This document shows, piece by piece, positions 8,220 to 18,021 of a DNA stretch of 64,000 bases. The position numbers were made by a program, and so were the translations under genes. The stretch lies in contig OZ244042.1 of the NCBI GenBank assembly GCA_965215015.1, positions 320,001 through 384,000 on the forward strand. Direction: 5' to 3'. The notes under the pieces were generated by a model, which saw only the letters and a list, made by a program, of their open reading frames with translations, searched no databases and had not been told where the DNA came from. The first letter of the stretch is position 1, and every line of letters starts with the position of its first letter. The stretch is from Candidatus Poribacteria bacterium (GTDB lineage: Bacteria; Poribacteria; WGA-4E; PCPOR2b).

Positions 8220-10133
8220 ATGTCTTTCAGAGCGATTGTCATCGGTCTCGCCTTGGTCATCATACAAACAGCGGTCACGCCGTATAATGACTATTATCTT
8301 CAAGGGACAGATATTTCCGGGAATCATTTCCCGTTGGGGGCGATATTTGTGCTGGTTGTCCTCACTTTAGGTATCAATCCCGCCCTCAAAAAGATAACGC
8401 CGAGAGCAGAGTTGAATCCCGGTGAATTGATGACCGTCTGGGTGATGCTAGTCGTCACTTCCGCTATTCCTTCCAAAGGGATGATGGGGTATCTACTTCC
8501 CTATCTGGTTGCACCACGCTATTTCGCTACGCCAGAAAACGAATGGGCTGATACGCTCTACCCCAACCTTCCAGAGTGGCTTGTGGTATGGGATAAACAA
8601 GCAGCCTCAGATTTCTACACTGGTGAAGTGTTTGTCCCATGGGTGGTGTGGGCAAAGCCACTTTTCGCTTGGACCATATTTATTATCGTTTTGTACTTCG
8701 TCACAATCTGTTTATCGGTCATTCTGCGGAAGCAGTGGGTTGAACACGAACGGTTCGTATTCCCGCTTGTTGCTGTCCCCGCCGAGATGGTTCAGCGTAC
8801 AAAGCCCAATACCTTGCTCAACGGCTTTTTCAAGAACAGAACAATGTGGATTGGATTCACAATTGCTGCCCTATTTCATCTGCTCAACGGCTCCCACGAA
8901 TACTTGCCCGCCCTGCCTCGCATTCCGAATCGCTACGACCTTTACGGACCATTCACCGAAAGACCGTGGGTCGTGATGCGCTGGTGGCCCCAACTCCGGT
9001 TATTCCTCTATTTCTCAGTTATCGGTATCACATATCTTCTTAGCCTGGAGGTTTCCTTTAGTTGCTGGTTCTTCTTCCTTTTCTTTAAAGCCCAATATAT
9101 GGCTATTAATGCTTTTTCCATCCCAATCAATCCCTGGATCTGTGCGCGGGGACAAACGATGGCGGTCTACGTAGTGCTTGCATTAGCGTTCATATACAAC
9201 AGCCGCAGCCATCTAAGGGATATACTGCAAAAGGCGTTTGCCGAAAGACACACAGCCAAAGCAATTGACGATTCCAACGAACCGCTCCCTTACAGATGGG
9301 CACTTCTGGGATTCGTTTTGGGATTTCTTCTATTGGGATTCCTCTGTGCCTACGCCGGGATGACGTTCTGGGTTGCGCTGAGTATTATCGCTTTTTTTCT
9401 CATCACCTCTACCGCCTTGACATGGATGGTCGTTAACGGTGGACTATTGCTCATCCAAGCTCCAATGTACCCCTCAGAATATTTCGAGACTACAGTCGGC
9501 ACGAGAATCATCGGAGCGAACAGTTGGAGCCTCTTGGGATTTCAACGGGTCATGATGCGCGATTGGGGTGGGATTTTGATGCCGAGTATTCTACACGGAT
9601 TCAAAGCCGCCGACCCTGTGCAACTCAATCGAAAGCGTCTATCTTGGGCGATCATGGTCGCCATTCTCTTTTCGATAGGTGTTTCCTATGTTGCGTCGTT
9701 ACCATTGATTTATGACAAAGGTGCGCTAAACTTACAACGCGGACCGTTCGTTGGGGCACCCAGATATTTTAATCACATAGCCTCGGTGATACAGTATCCA
9801 AAGGGACCAAAATGGGCTGAAATTTACAGCATGTTTGTCGGCACCGGAATTATCTCTTTTCTCCTTGTTATGCGCCATCAATTTATTTGGTGGAAGTTGC
9901 ATCCAATCGGCTATGTGATGGGGGCCGTCTATTCATCGTATTTTCTTTGGGCGTCAATGTTTATCGGTTGGCTGTTAAAGTATCTAATTATGAAGACCGG
10001 GGGGATTGGGAGTTACCGTAAACTCAGACCATTGTTCATAGGGTTGATTCTCGGCGAATATGGCATGGTCGGCTTGTGGATGGTCATCGGTATGTTTACA
10101 GGGGTAGACTATCGCGGCGCGTTGCCCGGGTAA
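8220..10133 (+). CDS. DUF6785/DUF6784-type polytopic membrane protein (putative transporter)
   Basis: Many TM helices; motifs FATPENEW, LRKQWVEHERFVFPL, WWKLHPIGY, PLFIGLILGE; paralogous to 10183-12189. Confidence 0.75.
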   Translation: MSFRAIVIGLALVIIQTAVTPYNDYYLQGTDISGNHFPLGAIFVLVVLTLGINPALKKITPRAELNPGELMTVWVMLVVTSAIPSKGMMGYLLPYLVAPRYFATPENEWADTLYPNLPEWLVVWDKQAASDFYTGEVFVPWVVWAKPLFAWTIFIIVLYFVTICLSVILRKQWVEHERFVFPLVAVPAEMVQRTKPNTLLNGFFKNRTMWIGFTIAALFHLLNGSHEYLPALPRIPNRYDLYGPFTERPWVVMRWWPQLRLFLYFSVIGITYLLSLEVSFSCWFFFLFFKAQYMAINAFSIPINPWICARGQTMAVYVVLALAFIYNSRSHLRDILQKAFAERHTAKAIDDSNEPLPYRWALLGFVLGFLLLGFLCAYAGMTFWVALSIIAFFLITSTALTWMVVNGGLLLIQAPMYPSEYFETTVGTRIIGANSWSLLGFQRVMMRDWGGILMPSILHGFKAADPVQLNRKRLSWAIMVAILFSIGVSYVASLPLIYDKGALNLQRGPFVGAPRYFNHIASVIQYPKGPKWAEIYSMFVGTGIISFLLVMRHQFIWWKLHPIGYVMGAVYSSYFLWASMFIGWLLKYLIMKTGGIGSYRKLRPLFIGLILGEYGMVGLWMVIGMFTGVDYRGALPG

Positions 10134-10182
10134 TACGTTCCTCAAACGTCAAATAAATCTTCCGAAGGTTGCATCGGGCTTT

Positions 10183-12189
10183 TCACACCCACACCGTATA
10201 CATGGGACGATCTAAGATAATCCCAAGCAGCGACCAGCCGCACGCGAGGATGTAATCTCCCACAATCAGTCCTAAAAAAAACGGCAGCGATTGGCGATAT
10301 GCTCGGGCACCGCCACCCCGCAGAATCACCCATTTTAAGGTCGAGGCAAAAACTATCGTAAACCAGTAATCGTCAATGGCACGGCTCATCGCTAACGCAT
10401 AGCCCGCTGGATGAAGCGGCCACCAGAGTAATAGGCGACGTAAGAAGGTCAAGACGAATGTCAGTAACAACCCCAAAAGCAAAAAGCCATTGCCAATCCA
10501 ATCTGGCGGGAGCGGATGCTGCAACCAGTCGGACAATCGGTTGAAGGAATCCCACCCGACCGCCTTCATCCCACCGGCACGCGCTTCGGCACCGTAGCGA
10601 TAGAGAACCTGCGGAAAAATGATGAACGCCGAAAGGAGTCCCATTCCAGTTGCAAAGAGCAGAAACCAAAAAACAGAGCGGCTGGAAAAACTTGCCTGTT
10701 TGGCAATTTTGAAGCCTTCGAGTTGATGCGGCATCAGGTAGTTTCTCTTGCGATAGCTGAACCACACGAAAAGAGATAAGCCCGAAAGGTTACGGGGGCC
10801 GAAGCGGCGAGTTCCCAATAAGCTCACGAGCGAATCTTGCGGGGAAACCACGTGCATGATATGCTCCGGTACGCCGGATTCAGCGCGGATGCGTGCCATA
10901 GCAATGCACATCAGCAAAAAAACGAGAAAGAAGGCCCCAACTACCCAAAGGGACAATCCCATCTGTTGAGCGAAAATGCCAAGCAGTACACTACAAATCA
11001 CAATGCCAAAAACCGCACCACGATACCCCAACGGTTCGCCAGAATCGTCTATTCCTGTACCCAAGCAGACTTTTTTGATCACATCCCGCAGATGGCGGTT
11101 GATGGAGACTAGGGCAATTATACAGATGCCCAGCAAAGCCCCCATTGATTGTTGTCCTAAAAAAGGGTATCCCGGAATATTTGACCAGCCGGTAACATCA
11201 CCGGCAATCCGTTCGATTTTGCGGAGTATGTAGAAAAACCAGCAGGAGATGGACAGATCCAATGGGAGCAGATATGTCATACCAATCATGAAGAAGCGGA
11301 AACGGATGGGGGTCCAGCCGATGGCGTTCCACGGCTTTTCCGTGAAATAGTGATCCAGCCGGATGCCCCGCACCGGTATGTAGGGGACGCTAGGATAGAG
11401 ATAGTTTAGCCCGTTGATAATGTCAACGGCAGCCGCCACCCCAAAGCCAATCCAGAACAACCGGCTGTGAAACAGCCGGGTTTTGGAGTTACTCATCGAA
11501 AGCGGTAGCTGTATGATCGGATAGGTCAATTTCTCCTGTTCCGTCCAAGGACGGCGCAAGAGGACGGTGATACAGAGCAGCAAAATGGTTATAATTAACA
11601 CAAGAAATGTCCAACTGATTGACGGAATTAACCAATATTGCCAATAATTCGCCCCGTAAAAATCGACCTCTCCAACGTAAAAATCACGGACGGCTTCCCT
11701 GTTGGTGATGATTAACCATGTCGGTAGATTCCTTGCAAATAGATTTCCCCAATCGTTTTCGGGCGTTGCAAACCATGTTGTGTGTGGCAAAACGCCTATC
11801 AGTCCAACAAGGCTATCGTAGCCTGCAACCGCGCTCGATGTTGTTAGGATGATGTAAATCACCAAGAGATCTGTCTCTGAGAATGCTAGTTGAGGGGCGA
11901 TTCGACGCGCAAGGGCATTATAGCCAATGAGCAAAAACAGAATGAAGATTACATTCAGTGGCAGTGATACAGCGGTGAAATGCAATCCGGCCCACACCAT
12001 TTCGGCCACAGCGATCCAGTAGATGTTGGGTGGGATGAGCACGACAGCAAAGACGACAGCCTTCCATGAAATCCCTTGGGTTCGAGTGGGACCAAAAGCG
12101 TTTGGTTTCTCCTTCCGTTCTCCTGTTTGGGATTGAGAGTCAGCGAGTTTTCCCGCATTCCAAGCTCCCATTGGTGCTCCCCTTTTCAC
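10183..12189 (-). CDS. DUF6785/DUF6784-type polytopic membrane protein (putative transporter)
   Basis: FATPENDW, LRRPWTEQEKLTYPI, RIRAESG, WWPLHPAGY, PFFLGLIVGD. Confidence 0.75.
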   Translation of the reverse strand: MKRGAPMGAWNAGKLADSQSQTGERKEKPNAFGPTRTQGISWKAVVFAVVLIPPNIYWIAVAEMVWAGLHFTAVSLPLNVIFILFLLIGYNALARRIAPQLAFSETDLLVIYIILTTSSAVAGYDSLVGLIGVLPHTTWFATPENDWGNLFARNLPTWLIITNREAVRDFYVGEVDFYGANYWQYWLIPSISWTFLVLIITILLLCITVLLRRPWTEQEKLTYPIIQLPLSMSNSKTRLFHSRLFWIGFGVAAAVDIINGLNYLYPSVPYIPVRGIRLDHYFTEKPWNAIGWTPIRFRFFMIGMTYLLPLDLSISCWFFYILRKIERIAGDVTGWSNIPGYPFLGQQSMGALLGICIIALVSINRHLRDVIKKVCLGTGIDDSGEPLGYRGAVFGIVICSVLLGIFAQQMGLSLWVVGAFFLVFLLMCIAMARIRAESGVPEHIMHVVSPQDSLVSLLGTRRFGPRNLSGLSLFVWFSYRKRNYLMPHQLEGFKIAKQASFSSRSVFWFLLFATGMGLLSAFIIFPQVLYRYGAEARAGGMKAVGWDSFNRLSDWLQHPLPPDWIGNGFLLLGLLLTFVLTFLRRLLLWWPLHPAGYALAMSRAIDDYWFTIVFASTLKWVILRGGGARAYRQSLPFFLGLIVGDYILACGWSLLGIILDRPMYTVWV

Positions 12190-12483
12190 TCACTCGGCTT
12201 GATGTAATTATTTAACCGCCGACGCTGCTTTTCAGAACTTACGCTGCATGACATTCTAACATGGCATTCCCTTGATCAACATCAAAAATGATTTTTCAGT
12301 CCCGAGCCCGTTCCTTTGGAATTCTTTGGAAATGGAATTCGCATTACCTTTCTGGTTTACAGGTGTGGTGGAATCTGATATAATATATGGCACGTATGAG
12401 TGTGCCGTAGGCTGATAGATTGTCTGCTGTCTTGTCACAGTCAAGGTTGCACAGAAGAATGAGCGATAAATCAAGGAGGTAGT

Positions 12484-13389
12484 ATGGACACGGCGTGTTT
12501 TGATTATTGCTTGACTGAAGATGAACATCGCGAATTTGAGAAGAACGGTTTTTTTGCGGTTGAGAATGCTATACCATCACAGATGGTCAAAGACCTCACG
12601 ACTGTAGTAGACCGGCTCGATGGCCAATACCGGAGCACGGAGACGTCGCCAGATCAGAAACCCCCTGGCACCATAGACCCTAACCGGCCCCCAACGGAAT
12701 TAGTCGGGCCTCACGATCGACTGAACTTGATGGACTTTGTGGGGAAGGACGAAATTTTCCTGGAACTGCTCGATTGGTACAAGACGTTCCCAAAAGTATG
12801 GGGAATCTTGGGATGGAACATCCAGCTCTACCACTCCCATATGACGGTTACCCCACCGGGCCCCCCTGGCGAAGCTGAGGTGAAAAAGCGTTTGGGGTGG
12901 CATCAGGATAGTGCGCGTTTGAACGCCGAGTTGGAGACCACTCCCCAACCGCGCATCTCCCTCAAAGTGGGTTTCTTTCTGACCGATACCACAGAAGAAG
13001 GCAGAGGTAATTTCTATGTCCTCCCCGGCAGCCAGCTACAGAAAACACCGGACTTGCCCCCAGATGGTGTTTCAGAACCGGAAGGGGCGTTAGCCGTGAA
13101 GGTGCCACCCGGCACCGCGGTATTTTTCGATCGGCGGCTCTGGCATTCCGCCAGTCCAAATTATTCCAATATCCCACGAAAGGTACTTTTTTACGGCTAC
13201 AGCTACCGGTGGCTACGACCGAGAGATGACATGACCGTAAATCATTTTATGGATCGCTGCGATCCGATTCGACAGCAATTGCTCGGTGCCAGCACAGGTG
13301 GACACGGGTATACGTCACCGACTGATGAAGATGTCCCGCTGAAGCTTTGGTTGGCAGAGCATCTCGGCGAGGCAGCAGTGGCGGCTTGA
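12484..13389 (+). CDS. Phytanoyl-CoA dioxygenase (PhyH) family Fe(II)/2OG oxygenase
   Basis: F..NGF..V N-terminus, WHQD (HxD), V.PGS, FDRRLWH distal His; RBS aggagg. Confidence 0.9.
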   Translation: MDTACFDYCLTEDEHREFEKNGFFAVENAIPSQMVKDLTTVVDRLDGQYRSTETSPDQKPPGTIDPNRPPTELVGPHDRLNLMDFVGKDEIFLELLDWYKTFPKVWGILGWNIQLYHSHMTVTPPGPPGEAEVKKRLGWHQDSARLNAELETTPQPRISLKVGFFLTDTTEEGRGNFYVLPGSQLQKTPDLPPDGVSEPEGALAVKVPPGTAVFFDRRLWHSASPNYSNIPRKVLFYGYSYRWLRPRDDMTVNHFMDRCDPIRQQLLGASTGGHGYTSPTDEDVPLKLWLAEHLGEAAVAA

Positions 13390-13436
13390 CGTTCAGCGTC
13401 CGATCTCGACTTTCGGAAGAAGATTCATCCGCCTCT

Positions 13437-13898
13437 TCATGTATCCTTCTCCAGATCTTCTTCCGTCATAATTTCTATCCCATGCCGACGAAACAATGCC
13501 GCAGTGACCCCATCACCATTGATGAGGTTGCCGGTGAAAGAGCCATCATATATCTTTCCACAGCCGCAGGATGGACTTTTCGACTTGAGGAGGGAGTGGG
13601 TCGCACGATGCGCTTGAGCGATTTCTAATGCACGATACGCGCCAGCTAGGAATGCCTCGGTTTTGTCCTCACCATTTGCTGTGACGACTCGCGCCCTCCC
13701 GTTGAGGACAGCCTCTCCATCTCCGCCAACAATTTCGGCAGCGGGTCGAGGGGTCGGAAGCCCACCCAGCTGCTCCGGACAGATCTGAATCCTGGAATCT
13801 GCTTCAAATCTGTCCGTGACCGCCTCGCTTTTGCTGCCGAGACCGTTATAACGGCACTTTTCACCGATGAGACACGCGCTGATGATGATTTTTTTCAT
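13437..13898 (-). CDS. DUF523 / 2-thiouracil desulfurase family protein
   Basis: ISACLIGEKCRYNG, ICPEQLGGLPTPRP, LKSKSPSCG, GDGVTAALF; start moved to ATG 13898. Confidence 0.9.
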   Translation of the reverse strand: MKKIIISACLIGEKCRYNGLGSKSEAVTDRFEADSRIQICPEQLGGLPTPRPAAEIVGGDGEAVLNGRARVVTANGEDKTEAFLAGAYRALEIAQAHRATHSLLKSKSPSCGCGKIYDGSFTGNLINGDGVTAALFRRHGIEIMTEEDLEKDT

Positions 13899-13972
13899 AG
13901 TAATTTCTCGATTGAAACCTTGTGCAGCTTCCAACCCTTCCGATTAAGCCTATCTTTGAATTAAGACTACAG

Positions 13973-15814
13973 ATGTCAACCCAATTTTCTCAACTCAGCA
14001 GCCAAATTTTCATTCATCACAGTTCTATCAATGTTGGCATTTTGCGCGACGATAATCGCGCTCTGCTGATTGACTGTGGGGACGGTAGTGTGCGTTCAAC
14101 CCTCAACACGCTCGGAATTACAACCGTTGATACCATACTATTCACACATCACCACCGCGATCAAGCCTCGGGCACCGGAATCGTAGCGTCAGAGGACACA
14201 CGCATTGGCGTCCCAACGCAAGAGCGTCAATGGTTTGAATCGGTCGAAACCTTCTGGAATGACCCACAAATGCGCTGGCATCTCTACAACTATCACCCCC
14301 ACAATCTGATGCTTGCTGAATCGATCCCCGTGACCGATAGCTATGCCGAAGGGGATTCCCTCCAATGGGGAAACGCAAAAATCCGCGTAATTGATACACC
14401 CGGTCACACGGATGGGAGTGTATCTTATACCGTTGAAGTTGATGGACTCTGTTTCGCTTTTTGCGGCGACCTGATTTATGATAGGGGACAGATTTGGGAA
14501 TTATACAGTCTCCAAAAAGGCGAAGAAACAACGGATTATCACGGTTTCCTCGGTGATAGACAACGATTGACCTATAGCCTCAAAAAACTACGGCAACGGT
14601 ATCCCGAAGTCCTCATCCCTTCACATGGGAAGATTATGCGCGAGCCGGTGGACGCAATTGACGCGCTCAGCGAGCGGCTCGATGCCTGCTACGATAAGTA
14701 TGTCGCTATCTCCGCACTCCGATACCACTTTCCGAAGCTATTTACCGCGTTTGAGGGTAGCACAGGGCACATGTCCATCCGCGAAGGCAAAACGGTGCCA
14801 GCATTTCTGCGCCACTACGGAACGACGTGGATGATTATCTCGGAAAATAGAGAGGCGTTTGTCATGGACTGCGGTAGCCCCGGCATCTTAAAACAGATTC
14901 AGAGTCTCAAAGCCGAGGGAGAGATCTCCGACCTGACAGAGTTCTGGATTACCCACTACCATGACGATCATGTGGACGCCAGCCCTGAATTTCAGCAGAG
15001 CTTCCCGTGCACAACGCGAACCGATTCAACTGTGGCTGAGGTCTTGGAAAACCCACGCAGATTCCGACTCCCCTGCATCTCACCCGCTGTCGCCCGAATT
15101 GATCATCGCACCCAAGACGGTGATTCGTGGACGTGGAACGAATTTAAGATGACTGCTTACCACTTCCCCGGTCAGACCTACTATCACGGCGGATTGCTCG
15201 TTGAGGGGCGAGGTGTCCGGATGTTCTTTGCCGGCGATTCTTTCACAATGGCAGGTATTGATGATTACTGCTCCGGGAACCGTAACCTACTTGGTGAAGG
15301 AGTGGGATATGATCGGTGCCTTGCTTGGATTGCCGAACTCAAACCGACCCATATCTTCAACTGCCACGTACCATGTGCCTTCACTTTTAGTGACGAAGAG
15401 ATTCATCAGATGCGCACAAACCTTGCTGAAAGGGAGCGTCTCTATGCCGATCTCTTTCCGTGGGACCATCCCAACTACGGGATGGACGAACACTGGGTAC
15501 GCCCGTACCCCTACGAGCAAAATGTCACCGCCGGCGAGACAGCAACCTTGCGTCTGGATTTTACAAACCACTCCTCACAAGCCCGAATTGCGAGTTGCCG
15601 CCCAATCCTTCCTGAATTGTGGGGCCTCAACATCCCCGAACAGGGGGTGACCATTCCACCGAAACAGGATGGGCACATCACCTTTTCGATTCCAATTCCG
15701 ACACACGCCAACGGCGCACAACGCACCGTTATTCCCCTAGATGTAACTTATGATGGACAATCGCTTGGACAGTTCCGTGAAGCGGTTTTCGTCTTCCCAT
15801 CTAACGCCCAATAA
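13973..15814 (+). CDS. Tandem metallo-beta-lactamase-fold hydrolase
   Basis: Domain 1 THHHRDQ, TPGHTDG, PSHG; domain 2 THYHDDH, FAGD; start taken at ATG 13973. Confidence 0.85.
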   Translation: MSTQFSQLSSQIFIHHSSINVGILRDDNRALLIDCGDGSVRSTLNTLGITTVDTILFTHHHRDQASGTGIVASEDTRIGVPTQERQWFESVETFWNDPQMRWHLYNYHPHNLMLAESIPVTDSYAEGDSLQWGNAKIRVIDTPGHTDGSVSYTVEVDGLCFAFCGDLIYDRGQIWELYSLQKGEETTDYHGFLGDRQRLTYSLKKLRQRYPEVLIPSHGKIMREPVDAIDALSERLDACYDKYVAISALRYHFPKLFTAFEGSTGHMSIREGKTVPAFLRHYGTTWMIISENREAFVMDCGSPGILKQIQSLKAEGEISDLTEFWITHYHDDHVDASPEFQQSFPCTTRTDSTVAEVLENPRRFRLPCISPAVARIDHRTQDGDSWTWNEFKMTAYHFPGQTYYHGGLLVEGRGVRMFFAGDSFTMAGIDDYCSGNRNLLGEGVGYDRCLAWIAELKPTHIFNCHVPCAFTFSDEEIHQMRTNLAERERLYADLFPWDHPNYGMDEHWVRPYPYEQNVTAGETATLRLDFTNHSSQARIASCRPILPELWGLNIPEQGVTIPPKQDGHITFSIPIPTHANGAQRTVIPLDVTYDGQSLGQFREAVFVFPSNAQ

Positions 15815-15890
15815 CCTTTGGTGCTAGTTGGTGAAGATATTAAGTTCAGCTAGTTCATTAATGAACCAATTACGTTTCACGCGCTGCCTT

Positions 15891-16709
15891 TCAAAATTGG
15901 CCTCGGCGGAATCCGTAGCGAATTTCGCCTGTCAAAAACTGCTGTTGCTCCGGTGTCACCCGTTCAAGCAAATCCGCCGGCGGATCATAGCGTCGCCATG
16001 TTTGCATGAATGGCGGTGTATACCCGTAGACCAGTGAATAGCGCGGAGACGCACCAGCTTTGAGTTGAGGTCCGGCATGAATCAGTGTTTCGCTCAAGAT
16101 AAGGACATCCCCCGCTTGGGATCGTAGTTGCTTCGCTAAGGTGTCATCCATGAACTCGCGGAGCGTTTTCGTGGGGGTGTTCATCCGATGACTACCCGGC
16201 ACCACCCAAGTGCCCTCGCCCGGACCGTTGTCGGTCAGGTAGATGAAGGACTTGCTAAACATACAGTGGTAGTGTCCCTCCGCCTCAAAACTACCGAAAT
16301 TCGGGGCAGTGCCCCGGTGCCAACCTTCGTCCTTGACATGAGAAACTTCGCTGGAGTTTCCGTTTTCAGTCCCATTTGGATAGTTAATCAGGTATTGATG
16401 CTCCTCAAGGCGCACGTCACCGCCGACCACATCCTGAATAATCGGGAGCAGGATCGGGTGCATCGCCGTTTCTAGCAGATGCGGATGATACCAAGCGCAT
16501 CTTGAGAGAACGGTTAGCGTCGGAGTTTTTGGATAGCCATCGTGCTTGTAAGTACACCTGTCATCAGCGTCCATCTGATCTGCCAAATCGATGAGACGTT
16601 GACATTCTGCTGGACTGAAAATCTCCTTGAGTAGAACGTAGCCGTTGACGTCGTAGAAGTAGCGTTGTGCCGGGTCCAATTTGGCTTTTACTTCTGTGTC
16701 GGTTTGCAT
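15891..16709 (-). CDS. PhyH-family dioxygenase
   Basis: FYDVNGYVLL, GWHRG, VVPGSH, AGDVLILSETLIH. Confidence 0.85.
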   Translation of the reverse strand: MQTDTEVKAKLDPAQRYFYDVNGYVLLKEIFSPAECQRLIDLADQMDADDRCTYKHDGYPKTPTLTVLSRCAWYHPHLLETAMHPILLPIIQDVVGGDVRLEEHQYLINYPNGTENGNSSEVSHVKDEGWHRGTAPNFGSFEAEGHYHCMFSKSFIYLTDNGPGEGTWVVPGSHRMNTPTKTLREFMDDTLAKQLRSQAGDVLILSETLIHAGPQLKAGASPRYSLVYGYTPPFMQTWRRYDPPADLLERVTPEQQQFLTGEIRYGFRRGQF

Positions 16710-16746
16710 TTGAATCTACCTCTCCTTAGTTCGATTAGCTCATCCC

Positions 16747-17670
16747 TTATTTAATGGGAGCTGCGTTGCCGGCGATATACTGCTCGACCTCTTCTTGTTC
16801 CACACAACCCACAAAGGTCCCTCCCGGACCCACATGGTAGAAATTCTCCGCATACCCAAGCCCGTACTCCCGACCGATTTCTCTGTATGCCTTTAAGCCA
16901 AACAGCTTGATATACGCACGATCGGCTGTCTCGTCATCGCCATCAAGTGCCGGCAGGTGTAACCCCTGTTTTTCGAGCCGTGCCTTAAGCCTCGATCCGC
17001 TTGAGCCTGCCGGTCCCTGCGATTTATTAACGCTCATCGAAGCGACCTTCTCCTCCATATAATTGCTGATATCCACCACCCGATTGTACGGCTGCCCCTG
17101 ACGCGCAACCCAGTAATACTGCTCTGTCACCGTTTGAGGTGCAATGCCGAGTGCCACCTGTTCTGGATAATCCTTGCTCATGCCAGCCATCCAGCGCGCA
17201 GCTTCGACCGCCCGGGCGGTTATATAGTGATCTGGGTTCTCCTCGCTGGGTCCCCAAGGATTGAAGGTGAATACGGTGTTAACCTTTAGCATACGAAAGA
17301 GAAAGACCAACCGAGCCCGCAGTTCTAAGGGAGATGCTTCGTCAAGGCGGTGATTCCGGTATCCAAGATTGAAAACCTGTTTGAATCCCAACACTTTCGT
17401 CAATTCGTCAACCTCGCGCTCGTTGCTCAAGATAGTTTCACCGATACTTGATGTCGGTCCGCACTTTTCATCATTAGTGGTCTGGATAAGATAGCCGGTG
17501 TAACCCTCTGCGATGAGTTTGGCGATTGTGCCGCCACAAAAAAGCGGGATGTCGTCCGCATGTGGTTGGACTGCAGCCAGCACCTTGCCCTTATGGGGTT
17601 GACCCTCCGCAGGGCGTTCGATGGTGACATTCCCGAATTCCATCTCTTTATTTTCCGTAGTCGTGGACAT
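16747..17670 (-). CDS. PIG-L/LmbE-family N-acetyl-sugar deacetylase
   Basis: QPHADD motif, GGTIAKL, ENPDH; RBS aggag. Confidence 0.88.
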   Translation of the reverse strand: MSTTTENKEMEFGNVTIERPAEGQPHKGKVLAAVQPHADDIPLFCGGTIAKLIAEGYTGYLIQTTNDEKCGPTSSIGETILSNEREVDELTKVLGFKQVFNLGYRNHRLDEASPLELRARLVFLFRMLKVNTVFTFNPWGPSEENPDHYITARAVEAARWMAGMSKDYPEQVALGIAPQTVTEQYYWVARQGQPYNRVVDISNYMEEKVASMSVNKSQGPAGSSGSRLKARLEKQGLHLPALDGDDETADRAYIKLFGLKAYREIGREYGLGYAENFYHVGPGGTFVGCVEQEEVEQYIAGNAAPIK

Positions 17671-17873
17671 TGTTCACTCCTCAATTGTGCGCGAGCGGAT
17701 AGACATATCTTGAAATGACGAAAGATTTATTGACAACGAGGTAAGAGGCTCCGAGTAGTTTACAGATTTGTTGCACCGCCGGTGCTTTAGTCCATTCCAA
17801 AAGGGCTTGTGGAGGCCTTCTTATAAAAAAAACAGTGAACACATCGAGCAGATTGAGCAAGAGATTAAAAACT

Positions 17874-18021
17874 TAGGAGTTACGCAGTTGAACGCCCGAA
17901 GCCCCGTAGTTCCGACGATTTTCGGGCAACTACAGTAAGGTCTGTTTGTAGTAGGGCGATTTATCGCCCGTCGTGACGCGCAATGGATTGCACGACTACG
18001 AGTTGAAATGTGTAAGTCCTA
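17874..18021. mobile_element. MITE (TAGGAGTTACGCA...TGTGTAAGTCCTA) with GTAG-REP cargo
   Basis: TIRs at 17874-17886 and 18009-18021; interior gtagtagggcgatttatcgccc...cgcaatggattgcacgactac; the right TIR supplies the dacB TAG stop. Confidence 0.7.
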
